From Lama glama (lineage: Eukaryota): a DNA stretch of 64,000 nt. Below, piece by piece: positions 38,401 through 52,100 of the stretch. Both the position numbers and the translations under genes were made by a program. The stretch spans positions 33,108,001-33,172,000 of the forward strand of contig CM052832.1 of the NCBI GenBank assembly GCA_028534125.1, given 5' to 3'. Position 1 is the first letter of the stretch, and each line of letters starts with the position of its first letter. The notes beneath the pieces are model-generated. The model did no database searches, had not been told where the DNA came from, and saw only the letters and a list, made by a program, of their open reading frames with translations.

Positions 38401-39541
38401 TACGACTGGTTTTTTTTGTTTGTTTTTTGTTTTGCTAAACTCGCTGCAGGCAAAACAAGGTTTGGTGTCTTTGGGGCTGAGGACGTGGGGGAGCGTTTAA
38501 TGATACTTGGGGTTTGCTACTAGATGAAATTGGCACTTGTTACTTTCTTCGCTTTTCTTCCCTCATAAAGCTCAGTTTGGGGGAAAGAGTCTGGAAAATT
38601 AATTCGCACGCCCACAGGACTGCTCCGGGTTGTGGGGAGCTGGGTCAGTGTTGGCACGTTTGCTTCTCAGCCCAGTTCTGTTTCCTCCCGGGTGTGGTTG
38701 GAGGGCTGATGTGGGGAGGCAGCCTGGGCAGAGTAACCTTTGGATCGATATGGGTCCTACTGCCTGCGTCGCGGGGTGTGAGTAACAGGAAGAGCTGAGG
38801 TTGTCAGTATTCTGGGGCAGGTCTCAGGATTCCCTACCACTCGTGACTAATTGTGTCCCCAGTTTATGCCACCCCAGGGAAAGGTCACAGTTTGTCACAC
38901 TTGGCCATGTAAACTAAGTATTTAACTGTACGATGCCAATTCGAATACAAGGCAGTTTATTACAATTCAGATCACTGCCGTTAACTCCAACCAGTAAGTG
39001 AAATTAGAGTGAATGGAACCTGACAAAGCAGGAGACCAAGTCTCCATTAAACCAATCTTTTAACAGTTAACTCATGTAGGAAATAAGTACATTCTTAATC
39101 CAAAAAGGCAAGAAGCATAATTAGTGACACCTGAAAAATAACTAAGACTTGATCAGTTGAATGAAATCAATTATGCACATTAACTGCTGAAAGTTACCGA
39201 TGGTGCTACAGGGGAAAAAATGGTGCCAAAGATAGATTTGTTAGACCTGGTTATGTATATGCGCACATGCACACACACGTGTGTATTTTTCATTAACAAA
39301 ACCTTGATACTGGTTTTTATGTTCATGACTATATATATTTTCAAAAGGTACAATTTCATTGAAGCAGTAAATAATTTTTAAATATATAATGAATTTTGCA
39401 TGTGTGTGTGCATGTGTTTGTATGAAGGATGCTTTTGCTTGTGTTACCTATAGAAGCTTAAAAAGTAGGAACTTGGAAAGCCATTGTTAGGTGTTGAGTT
39501 TGCAATGTGATCTCTGAAATGTGCGTCCTTATCACTGGTGT

Positions 39542-39629
39542 GAGCATTGAATGGAAAAGAAATATTCTTCAATATAGAAATCGCAGAGCATTGAATGGAA
39601 AAGAGATATTCTTCAATATAGAAATCGCA
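39542..39629. repeat. 44-bp tandem duplication
   Basis: gagcattgaatggaaaagaaatattcttcaatatagaaatcgca twice, with one mismatch. Confidence 0.95.
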
Positions 39630-39634
39630 CTGGC

Positions 39635-40050
39635 ATAAAAAAGAATGAAATAATGCCATTTGTAGCAATGTCATGGACCTAGAGATTATCATACTAAGTC
39701 AGAGAAGGACCAATATATGGTATCAGTTATATGTGTAATCTAAAATATGATACAAATGAACTTATTTACGAGGCAGAAACAGACACGGACACAGAAAACA
39801 AACTTGTGGTTATCGAAAGGGGAAGGGAGGGATAAATCAGGAGTTTGGGATTAGCAGATACTAACTACTTACATATAAAATAGATAAAACAATAAAGTTC
39901 TTCTGTACAGCAAGGGAAATACATTCGATATCTCATAATAACCTATAACGAACAAGAATATCTACATGTAAAACTGAATCACTATGCTGCACACCAGAAA
40001 CTAACACAATATTGTAAATCAACTATACTTCAATTAAGGAAAAAAAACTC
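39635..40050 (+). mobile_element. 5'-truncated L1 3' end
   Basis: cataaaaaagaatgaaataatgccattt...gtaaatcaactatacttcaatt plus A-tail. Confidence 0.85.
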
Positions 40051-40699
40051 ACTAGGTTGTTTGTAATTTTCTTTGATATCTGGAATATTTTAGTAAGCGA
40101 TGAACCAATGTTTAAATTTGGGTCTATTTTTCTTTCTTTTTTAGGATAAAGATCTCTTTAATCTTATGATTGATTATTGAGGATTTTCATTTTATTGCAA
40201 AGTGGTAACGAAAGTCACTTTATGATTATGTAACAGTGCAGGTTATTTTCAAATTCACGTTTCAGGACAAACAAGGAGGATTTTAATAAATGGTACCCAA
40301 TGCTTGGACATTCATTTCACAACAGAGGAACTGGGAATAGGTGGAGAAATGACTTTTAAACATGAAAATACTGTTTTATTCTGCTCATAAAAAGTTTGTA
40401 GATTCGTGGCCACATGTGTTTCGCTTCCTCCTCTCATAAAACTCTGCTAAAATGACAGTGAAGGGCCTTGTGAAGCACTGGAAACACAAGGACAGAGAAA
40501 CGAGACTGGAGGCAAGCAGTGGACAAGAGACGTCAGAGGTTTGGGAGGAGGGAAGTGACCAGACAGAGGAGGGGGCTGGGTGCCTGTGGAGTAAAGTAGG
40601 CACTGGCCACGAGGAAGAAAAGACCCCAGGAAAGGAAGGAATGCAGGAAGCAGGAGACGATGCAGTAGACTGACTGGTGTTATCCAGGGAACTGGAGTG

Positions 40700-41400
40700 G
40701 AAGACGGACCTACGGAAGGAACAGCAGAGAACACAGTCTGCAGAAACTAAAAATACAATGGCTGAGATTGGAGAAAATTGGTTAAGTTTGGAGGAGAAAG
40801 TCATTAATGTGTCCCAGAAGATGGGACAGAAAGTCACTGTGATGGAAAATGCAAGTGAAGGAAGAACGTGAGACAGCCGTGCGTCCCAGAGGGCCGGGCA
40901 GTGTCAGTTTCTGTGTGAGCCACACGTGTGAACAGGCGGCACAGAAAAAGAGAAGTCAGTCTGGAGGAAACAGACAAGTATCTTAAAAATTCCCAGAGGA
41001 AGGGAAATTTTCTTGATTTGTTAGATTGAAAGGGCCCCACCAGGTACACAGCAAAATGAATAAACCAGGCCCATCTGAAGGGCACATGACTGTGACATTC
41101 AGAGTATCGGGGATAAGGATCAGATTTCATAAGTTTCCAAAGAGTAGGGCGGAGGGGCGGAGGGCTTGATCTGGGGTCAGAATGCCATCAGACTTCCCAA
41201 CAGCAGAGCCAAAGGCTGAGGGGCAAGAAGCAGGGCCTCAAAGACTCAGAGGTAGAATGACGTGCGGCCCATTCCAGACTCTGCTAAGCGGGCAGTCACG
41301 TGGAAGGGTGGAATAGGGACATTTTCAGACACGCAAGAAAACGAAACGTATGTGTGCTGTCTTAAAAAGCTATCGGACGATTGGCTTCATCAAGGAGGGG
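40700..41400 (+). mobile_element. Degraded L1 ORF1-region fragment
   Basis: Text such as gattgaaagggcccc...aaaatgaataaa...catcagacttcccaacagca is typical of old L1 ORF1. Confidence 0.5.
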
Positions 41401-44400
41401 AGTAAACCACGAAGTGAGAAGACACTGGGGCCCAACACAAAGGACAGTACTGGCCAAGGGGTATCTCGGGGGGGAAAGCAGCGGGTCCAGACCGACCCAC
41501 GTGGACAGCGTGGCTGACAAACATGGGCCAGACCCAGAAGTTCAGGAAAGAGGGGGCAGGACAGCTGCAGCCCAGATGGATGGCTCCAAGTGCAGCTGTG
41601 TTTGAGGAAAGTCGGGCAGATAAAAACTTCACGGGCGGTGGATCAGGGATCTGGAAGGAAACACCTGTCTACCTTTGCCACAACGGTGCCAAGACTCGCA
41701 CGCTCCTTGAGGACTCAGTTTTGTGCTTTGTAACTCTTCTATATTAAAAGAAAGGGACTGACACTTGGTGTCTTTGGACTCAGAAAAAAAAAATTCAAGA
41801 TGGATTTACAAGACCTTGTTGTTGCTGTAAAGGGAGGATGTTTGAGATCAACATCTTAAGACAAAATAATTTAAAAAGGACCCCACTAGCCCAGTTATGA
41901 CGATTTGGCACCAATAAGAAAAGGACCATCAGCTAATTGAAATATCTTATTTGTAAAAAGTCATGACCGTTAAGAAGTTCAGATGAGACAAACAAGATGA
42001 GCTTTAAAAAGGCACAAGAGAACTTCAGTCACGTTTCAGGATGTGCTGTCTGAGGACCCATCTGTGACTGCTGCGTGAAAATTTTTATTCCAGCTTATTC
42101 CAGGCTCTGAGCCAACGAGCACAGTGGTTACACAGACCGCCCTAAAGGCCTAAACATTAAACTAAAAGGCTTAGAGCCACGTTACATGACAGGACTCTGG
42201 GCTATACAACCCAGTCAGAGGAAAACTCAAATACTTCATTTTAAGGAAGGACACTGACTTACAAGAAACTGAAATTTGGTGTTTGGCTGAGGCCTTGTAA
42301 AATCCCAGCAAAGGGGGAACTGAAGCTCCGACCTCCCTGCCTCCAAGAATGTGCTCGGCCGACAGAGTGAGCGCAGATGGAGCAGCTGGGATGACAGGAA
42401 CCAGGCAGCCTGCGTGGGAAGGAGATGGCCCCTTAAGGTTAATTTAACCCCAGGGAGCCATTAAAATAAGCATTATTGTCACTTTAGGAGATATAAAAAG
42501 ATTAAAAAAAAATTAGACCCACGGTGTTAATACCTTTGTGCTGGACTTAAGTACAGGTGTAGAAATAAGTTTTGTAAGCATTATACTGCTCTGTGTATTT
42601 CTAAACATATTTGATAGTCTTAGGTGATACTCTAGATTTGTAAATCTTGATTTATTAGGTTTACAGGAGTTTACATGTTTACTGATGTTTGGTTGTGAAA
42701 TTTCTAAGTTTGCTTTAAAAAAAGTGTTTAGAGCATTAAAAAATCTGATATATTAAAATACATAACCAATGCTTAAATATTAAAGGAAAAAGAATTTATT
42801 TGCTGCTTTGAGGAAAAGCTATTTTTATCAGACTGACAAACAGCGAACTAACCACTGACGAGAGCACGTTACTTAGCAGGGATTGTCATTCCCTGTCTAT
42901 GAAAAAATTCCTCTTTGGGAATGAAAATCTCTGTGCCCACCAGCAGGGCCACAGTATGTGGGAGGGGAAGAGGGAGCTGGTGGGTGATTCCTTGTATCTG
43001 AAAATCACTGAAGGGGCTTGACTGACATGACATTTGGGGGAAACTTGCCACGGGTACATAGAAAACTAAAGAACTGGGGAGCAGTGGGGGAGGCAGTATT
43101 TACATACAGAAAAGCAGTGTTATGTGAAGGAAAGGTACCTCGTAGATACAGTGCCTGGCTCAGCTCTGAACACTCCTTGTAACCACAGAGCAAACGGTGG
43201 ATGAGAGGCCAGGACAGCAGTGGAGGAGGCCCTGTGGTTCTGAGACACCTCTTCCAGCAATGTCTGTCTTTTAAACTAAGTGCATGTATATTAATTTCAT
43301 AAAAAGAACGACCCCCCCAAATAATACAGGCATGCTGTAAAAAAATGTGAAAATGCAGAAAAACATAAAAAACATAAAAGTTACCCACAACCCAGAAACA
43401 TCTGGTGTACACATTTCCTTCCATTCTGTGTAAATTATGCTCACGTGTGCTTTTCCTCCTAACTCACATAGATACGATTTTAAAACTGTATTTATAGCTT
43501 GACATCTTTTTTCACTTAATTTTGTATATTTCTGTGACATTAGGATGACTTTTTTAAATTTTTTTACCTCCATTAATATTCCATCATGAATGTGACATAA
43601 ATGTGGCCTCTTTCGGGTATTTTAAAACCTTTTTCTGAAGCATATGAAGTACTTAATAGTTGGTTTTGTGCATAATATTTCTATAAGTACCTGTGAGTTC
43701 TACCTCTAATGAAATTCCTAGAAGTGGAATTTTTGGCTCAAACAGTATGACTTTTCACAGCATTTTCTTTTCTTCATTTTTATTTTTTACATTATTCTGA
43801 ACTACAATGGACATACTACAGTATCAATTTATAGCATCATTTGCATAGTACAAGAAGGAATACTTATCTTACTTTGTCAGTATCGGAAATTAATGGTTTT
43901 TGAACTTTTGAAAGTTCTTGTTCTAAAAAGACGTCTTTCATTTGCTCTCCACCCACCTGTGTGTGTGTGGGGGGGGGGCTGCCGTGTGCCGCAGGGATTA
44001 ATAGGTGGATCCCAGAGCCACAGGCCCGGCTTCCAGCCATCACTCTGCTGCTTGTAGCCCTGCACAGATTTCTGCTGAAGTCAGTTTTTTTTTTTTTAAT
44101 CAACTCTTTTTGGAGCCCATTTTATTCCATTCTCTTCTCAGTTTTAGGAGTATGTCATCAATCCTGGCTGCTCTGCAGGAACACCACATAGCTTGCTAAT
44201 TATGCTTATTTTATTATTTCTGGTAACTTTCCTTCTCACTGTGTTTCACGAGTTGTGTCTGCCTTGGCCTGAAGCAGCGGAACAGTTCACACTGGCCCTG
44301 GGGGGCAGGGGCCGCACCACGCTCCCGTCTGGGGAACAAGAGAGCTGCCTCGAATGTCCTGCCCTCAAAGACACAGACGAGGGACGTGTCAGAAGCATCG

Positions 44401-44713
44401 TTTCCCATTTGATTCCAGGACTTCTATCGAGTGGGCTATTCACTTCTCTCGTGATTAACACATTTTCTACCAGGAGATTGTCCTGAACATCCTGGATCAA
44501 CCCTGGGCAGCACTGGTTGCTGGCTTCCTTTTTGCTTAGTGATTTCACGTGGCGCAGACATGACTGTTCCCTCCACGGCCATCAGATGTCATTGTCAGAC
44601 AAGTTGAGGAAAAGATGCCATTACCGGCCTCACTGTGCCTTTGAAGACGGCTGAATTTTTGCTTTTCTCTGCGTGAGCGTTGACAGTTACCGGATATTAA
44701 AGATAGAAGAGAA

Positions 44714-45180
44714 TGCAGGGGAGGGAGATGTTTCTTCCATCCTAGGTTCTCTCTGGCTGGTCTAATAATAATAACTGACGTAAGGCAGATCCACAGGAGA
44801 GACACAACCACATTTAATTCCGTGTGTGCGGGAACCCCACAGACATGAGGCGCCAAGAAGCGACCAAAGGTGGCAGCTTTTGCATCTTTTAGATAAAGAA
44901 GCAACTGGCTGTGGGTTTTGCTTGGGGTAACAGGTCAATGAAGAAGTAACGGGGTTTGTTTATACAGCCTTTTCGGCCTTGAATTTCTGTCTCTGGCCAT
45001 GAAGCTGTCTCTCCACTCCTGGTGCAGGGAGGGCATCTTCACATGGAGATTTCTTCTCCACTTTCAGAGGGACAGAGGAGGGTTAGAGTGTCCTTACACC
45101 AGCTACTTCTCAAGTAACTTTAATTCAAAATACTCAGTATGCTAAAGTGGTGTATTTTGGGGTGGCCTTCCCTGCAACCA
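44714..45180. mobile_element. Solo ERV LTR in SERPINB6 intron 1
   Basis: tgcaggggagggag...ttttggggtggcc; similar to 33945-34597. Confidence 0.6.
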
Positions 45181-45976
45181 CCTGGAGCACAGATTATCTG
45201 GCACATCCCCATCCTCACGCAGGGAGCAGAAATCGCGTGACTGACTCGGTCCCTGAGCTGGGACTGCAACCCTGGCCTCCCGACCCTTCCCAGCACAGGA
45301 TTTAAGACCAAAGCTGTTTTCCAGTGAAGGGCTACTGATCTTTCAGCTGTACTTCCTTTGATACACATACACAGAACTGCACTCATTTCTCCACAATCCC
45401 TTTGGATACTGTGGGCTGCCCAGTCCACTGCTTTCCTGCTGGGAGAGGCGGGCAGGTGTGCCTTTCAAGGTCAGCGACAGGAAGGTTAGGGCCTGCAGCA
45501 GATGCGTTCCAAGTTACCGGAGACAGAGTGCTTTATTAATGGCCTCTCTTAGGTTGGCATTTCCACTTGAGTTAATACTCTTTCAACATCTGAGGGGAAA
45601 ATTGTGTGGATGGTCAAACAGAAGCTCAGACGGGCAGGGAGGGGACACATGGTGACCGTGCAGGAGACCCAGTGTGCACAGGGCCTACACTTCTGTCCTT
45701 CCTCAGTTCACTGAGGCCCGTGGGGCATGGCCTCTCCCACTGGACTGGCCATCTTGATCTCCCTGTCCCCAACGTGACCATTCAGCTTTGTTTACTTAAT
45801 ATCAGAAACCCATAAAACAATTCAGAGGGCCCCCAAAACTGAGTTGTGTGTGTGCCTGTTTTCTCATCCAAGCAAAGCGTCCACGGTAACTCTTAGTAGC
45901 TGAGGGAGACGAGGTCGACATGTAGCCTAACTTCACGTGACACTGATTTTAAGCCCATCGTTTCAGACTCGCCATC

Positions 45977-46141
45977 ATGGATGCTCTGTCAGAAGCAAAC
46001 GGCACCTTTGCCTTGACCCTTTTGAAGAAGCTGGGTGAAGACAACTTGAAGAACGTGTTTTTCTCGCCCATAAGCCTCTCCTCTGCCCTGGCCATGGTCT
46101 TCATGGGGGCAGAGGGAAACACGGCAGCCCAGATGTCCCAG
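45977..46141 (+). CDS. SERPINB6: SERPINB6 coding exon 1 (exon starts at 45967)
   Basis: tttcag|actcgccatcATG ... CAG|gtacgt. Confidence 0.96.
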
Positions 46142-49100
46142 GTACGTGCCTGAAGCCAGTTCTGGGTAACAGTAAATGCTGTCAATTTGTTAGCTGAGCT
46201 GGTTTCAAATCCCAAAGAGCTTGCTCTAGACAGACAGCTTCCCCAGGGCCCGCACATGGTACCTCTGGCAGCGGGGCCTGGGCTTCCTGACAGCTCAGTA
46301 CCTGGCTTCCAGGAGGACAAGCTCAGATGTGCAAGTGCTCATCCAGCCCCTGTTCTGTTCTCTGTCACACTTACTAAGGCCCCGCTGGCCAAGGCTAGTT
46401 CCTCGGCCAAGCCCAGAGCCAGCCCGAGAGGGGCCGCAGGGGTGTGAAGGCCTGGCTCACAGGGCCAGGATGGTGGCTGTAGCCTGCCCTCTGGCCCCCA
46501 AGGATTCAGGCGAGGCCTGCTCACCCCTCCCAAGGCCCCAGGGCCTCCCTTCCTGGGGCCGGCCCAGGCTCCACATCTAGAAGAGCAGGGCTATTGAGGC
46601 TCCTGGGTGCAGAGCTTTGTGAACCAGAGACAGTATCTGCTGCCCAACCCCCAACACAGGCAGCGAGACAGGGAGGGATCTCCCAGCGGTGGCAGAGGGT
46701 TCTTAGTGCTGGTCTGACAAAGTCCTGGACTGAGTGACCCAAACAGCAGCAGTTTACTTCCTCACAGGTCTGGAGGCTGGGTGTCCAAGGTCCAGGTTGC
46801 TTCTTCTAAACCATATGGGTTTCTGTTTATCAACTGAAATTCTGCTTCGTTGGACAAGCACATGCACAAGCCTGCTGGAGGCAGGGCTCTGTTGGGCTGG
46901 GGAAATGTCCTGAAGACACTCGGCCCTCGTGTGGCTGAGAGGGTCTGCGGGCACGGCCTTAATCTCTGGGGTCTAACAAAGTGGATCCTAATCCTGCCCC
47001 GAGGCCTGTGCCTTGGGCTGGACCTCTGCTCTGAGGCTGTCACTTACTTTCAGAGTCACTGGCCAGCTGGAGAGGCTGGGAGTGAGAAACATTTTCACTT
47101 TCCACCCAGCCAGTCCTGCGTTGGAAGTATTTCCTTTAAATTCTGCTGGAAAACAAAACAGGTCCCACTTCAGCTCATCTTTCTCTTCCCACACTCTCCC
47201 GGGTGGCTAAAGACGCCACGTCCTTTCTGGGTGCCTCCTTGGCTGGATACACGAGTCCCCAGGGGGAGGAGGTCCAGCCTTTCCGCCGCTGCAGGTGGCG
47301 CTCCTCCAGTTCTTCTGCGCAAGCCCCCTTCCTCCAGCTGCCAGCAACGGCTTCTTCACTGTCCTTCCAGCCTCAGCAGCTGCCAGGTCCAGAGCCAGCG
47401 TCCACGTTTTAGCGTCATGTTAGGGCAGAACCACGCCTGGATCTTCTGTGGCTGCAGAACAAACCACCTCATAGTTCAGTAGCTGGAAATGACAATGATG
47501 ATGGTTTCTCGGACTATGGGGAAGGGCCCTGGTGGGGGTTGGGGCTCCGTCCTCCCACAAGGAGCTCTCCTCATGTGCTGCCAGCTCTCCAGGGGTGTCC
47601 CCCAACCCCCCAGCAGGATGGCCTGGACACCTTACACCATGAGGGCTGGGGGACAAGACAGCAAACCTGGAGCTGCTAGGTCTTTTCAGGCCCGGGCCTG
47701 GAATAGTGTCATTTCTCCTGTGTTCCCTTGGTCAGAGCACATCCCAGGGCCAGCCCAGATCCAAGGACAAAGCCCGAGTTTGCAGAGACAGTATGCCTTG
47801 TCTGCAGACAGACCACAAGGAGTGGGCACATGGAACTGGGTTTGCAAAGGGTCATTTCTGCTCCTGCCAGTGCAGCTCTGGCTTCCAATGGGAGATGTTA
47901 CAGGGAGGGTGGCTGGGTGGCTTCCAACAGACGTTTTGTCTTTAATTGGGTGAATCTTCTTTTAAGCTGCAGTGAAGGACCTTTTAGGCTGAGTTTGGTG
48001 TTGTGTCCATTTCCTGAAGTCAAGGCATACTGAGGTTGTGCGTTTTCATCTGTTTTTGATTTCAGGCACTTTCTCTAAGCAAAAGCAGTGGTGGAGGTGG
48101 AGATGTCCACCAGGGTTTCCAGAACCTTCTCACCGAAGTTAACAGAACCGGCACTCAGTACTTGCTCAGAACCGCCAACAGGCTCTTCGGAGAAAAGTCT
48201 TATGATTTCCTCTCAGTAAGTTACACGTGTTGTTTTAACTAAGAAAGCGGAGAACAAGGCGGTGGGGACAGAGGGGCCTTGTGGTATAGCAGAGAGCTTG
48301 TGAGCTGAGCTCACACATGTGGGGTGCACCCTGAGCTCCACTCCCTAACCTCATGCAATTCCTGTAACTGTTTCAGGTTCGTCCCCTGTAAAAGGAGCCT
48401 TATAATAATGTTGTCCAGGTGTTTCTGATGCTTAAATACAGAAACTACAGAAGAACTAACATGGAGCACAGCACAATTCGCGATGAGCTGGCCAAAATGC
48501 AGGAGTGATCAAATGAATATTTCTGATCACTGTTTTTCACATATTGATAGTTTTTTGTGCATTGTGAGACGTGTTCACTTTTTTACACATATAAATATTT
48601 TGATTGTATTTTCCAATGCAGAATTTTTTAAAGTTTTTGTCTAATTATGCTGGTTCTATTTACAGTGCTTTCATGATTTTTTTATTTTTCAAAAATTACT
48701 CAATCTGAGTTTATTCTTAATATATAAGGATGCAAATAAAGCAGACAAAGCAAGAGTCCTCCCAAACTTCTTTCCGCTGGCCAGCCCTCCCCTCCCTACT
48801 GTAAGGGCTTTTGCAGATGTGACAGATTTGACGTGTCTCCCCCTGCACACACAGGAATGCAGGGTTCTCCCGACATAACGTCCTCCCCCCATACTTACCG
48901 TTCTGTAGTTTGTTTCTGGTCACCTGATGCTGCATCTGAGATTCGCTGCACCTCAGTCTGTGTGGGTTGGCCTCATCCTTTTTCACTGGGGTTGATGTTC
49001 TCAGGTGTGGATGTTCTGTGATCAGCCAGCCAGCCCGCCCCTCGATGGGTACTGAGCTCATATCCAACCTGGACCATGCAGCCATCGAATGTGCCTGTGT

Positions 49101-52100
49101 ATGTGTGAGACCAAGATGGATTTGTAGAAGAGAGGAAGGGAGTGAAGCTTTCAAGTTTTAGTGAATATTGCCAAACTCCCACCCAAAATGCTGCAGCCCT
49201 TTACATTCTCTTCAGGGGTATTAGCAGAATGTGCATTCCAGCCCACCATGGCCAGCGCTGCATGTGGTGAACTTTTAACAATTTTGATCATTCATGAGAC
49301 TGAACAACTTTTTTTGTTTGTCGAACTGTTGCATCTTTTCTGAGAATTGCCTATTTATATATTTTTGTGCAGTTTGTCTTCTGGGCTTGATGTCTTTTTA
49401 ATTTATGAGTTCTTTATATGTTTGGGTCAATCTTACTCTGTTATATTACTTTTTTCATTATTTTTCACACTTGTTTCAGACTCTAAATTGATTTAAAACA
49501 AATGGTGTAAAGTGAATGTAGTCAAGATGAGATTTAATATTGGTAAGATTTGTACACCAGTGATTTTTTTTTTACAAGTTGGTTTACTTATTTTTATCCG
49601 TCTTAGCAACATCCTAGGTTACTGTCATCTTTTTATAAAGCCCTTGATATACAGAAAAACAAAACTAGTAATAAACACAAATAATTGGCTTATTTTCCTT
49701 AATTTTTTTTGGTGGGTATTTTAGGAAAAGCATTGATATTTAAAATGTTATTTTGATATTGGACTGTAAAACAAGGAGATTAGAAATATTTATCAGTCGT
49801 TCCATAGTGATTTAATATTCCAAGAATCCAATACCAATTGCTGCAAATAATTAGGTATTCCTTTAATTTGATTAGTCATTGCTTATTAAAGGATAATTTA
49901 AATAGCAGTTGTTTCAAATGTGTTTAAAAGTTGTGGAAATCACCCAAGGGTGTGACGAGTTAGCAATACAGGGGTGCCCAGTTTGCTTCCAGACCGTCTT
50001 CTCAGAAGCACTGATTCACAACCCGAGCAGTGAACTGACGAAGCATAACTGTGCCAGGTTAGACGACACGATGCCCCTGGGTTAGCCTGTGCAGTGTAGG
50101 GGCTCCTGCGAAGGGTCGAGCAGTTCACCGTGTTTATTTGATTTCCAGACCACAGTTTTACTTAGTTTATAAGCTAAGAAGAAAAGTAGCTGAAAACTGA
50201 GAAGTTGGATTTTTGGTTAATTCCTTGTGTTGATTTGTATGTTACACATGTAAATCATAAAATTATTGATGTTCTGATTTGGCACCATGTGGAAGTAAAC
50301 TGTTGATTATCTTTGTAGCCACGTGATTATGTTGCTCTGTCTCTCCTAGTCTTTCAAAGATTCCTGCCGCAAATTCTACCAGGCAGAGATGGAGGAGCTG
50401 GACTTCAGCAATGCTACAGAGGAGTCCAGAAAACACATAAACACCTGGGTAGCCCAGAAGACAGAAGGTAAGAATATGTTGTTATTTCTGTTTTAATAGT
50501 ATTTTAGTCTTATCGTTAGTTCCTTCACGGACCATCAAATGTAAACAAGAAAACTTTTTTTTCTCTAAATAACTGTAAACTTTTGAAGTCCACTTCTGAA
50601 GAGCTGTCAATGTGTGGTTACTTCCTCTGCCTTTTCCCTGTCCACATCAATATTGGTGCGTCTCTTCCGGGACAGCCCACGTTTTAACTGCTGCCGTTGT
50701 TATGTTACTATGGTTGTTCTTTTCATAAAAAGGGCAAAGAAAAATTTGCATACAGGTCTCAGCTGCCTGCCTGTTGGCACTGCTGGTGCTCTGTGGGCAC
50801 CAAGCATCACTGCAGGACACCTGGTTAAGCGCTCATCCACCTATGGTTAACTTAAATGTTCACACTCGCTACAGTCTCTCTCCTTCGGGATAATTCCCCT
50901 ATGTGGCAAACACCAAACATTCTTTTCTTTCTTGCTGTGAGTTATCCTACTCGTATTACTTTGTTCATTTTATGTGTTTTATTCAACTGGTGGTATTTTT
51001 CTGACCAGAGCATTTAAAGTTTTTGTCGCTGCCTTTGCTTTAAGGACCAGTCTCCCTGTACATGGTTATGTTTGGGGGACACTGAACGCCTTCCTCTGGG
51101 CACCTGACAGCTCACGGAGATGGCCCAAGAGCACTGTCCCAAACGCATCCATCAGGAAACCCTTTTAGCTAACTGGTTCTTTAATTCTCCTTTTCAGGGA
51201 AAATTACAGACTTGCTGTCTCCAAATTCAGTTGACCCCATGACTAAGCTTGTTCTTGTGAATGCCATCTACTTCAAAGGAAACTGGGATAATCAGTTTGA
51301 CAAAGAGCACACCCAGGAGAGGCCGTTTAAAGTCAGCAAGGTGAATGTTTTGCAGTAACAGAGGAGGTTCTCGGAAACAGTTTCTGTGTTCACATTGGTT
51401 TAACAAACGTGCAAGACTCCCTACCTCAAGTGACTGCTTCAGGTGGCTTCAGGCAGCCGAGCATCCGCACTCCCCAGCCAGCCTGGGGCCTCCCTCTCTT
51501 CCTGCCCCTCCTCCTCAGTGTCATCGGAGGTGGCTGCATAAGCCCTCTTCGGCTTCTGGTCCACGCTGCTGCTGGGCGTTGTCTGTATGGCCAGTCTCCT
51601 GGCATAGCTCTCAGGCTGAGGGTCCTTGGCTTCCCAGAACTTTTGAGATCAAGTTCAAACTCCAAACTGTGGCACGTGAAGCTCTTGGTGGACCCGGGTC
51701 CTACCTGTTTCTCCATCCTCATTCCGTCAACACCTGTGTGCTCCTTTCTCTCCAGCAGTCCCCCATCCTGGTTTCGGTACCCGTCTTCTAAGCTATCACA
51801 GAACACTGCTCTTCTCACGGTAGCGCTGATTCCTCAGATCCCTCTGACCCCTGTGAAAATGCAGGAGCAGGGAGGTTGCTTAGGAGTCATGATGACCTGG
51901 GCTGGGCTGATGGCAGTGAAGGGGGAAGCACAGGTCTGATTTTTGTTTTACTTCAAAAATAGAGCCAATAGGGTTTGTAGTGAGTCAGATGTGGGGCGTG
52001 AAGGAGGCTTTTTGACCCTTGCGTGAGTGGTGTCACCGTCAGCTGAGATGGGGAAATTATAGATGGAGTAGACATGGAGGGGAATGCTAGGGGCCAGTAT

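Noticed and set aside
41684-42840. tRNA-His PBS-like cggtgccaagactcgcac followed by possible ERV internal sequence
   Set aside because: Only about 13/18 match, no clear adjoining LTR, and no gag/pol peptide could be read; insufficient support without a Dfam search.
43760-44220. Possible retroposed 3'UTR (minus-strand AATAAA plus A-rich end)
   Set aside because: No TSD or parent gene could be identified by eye.
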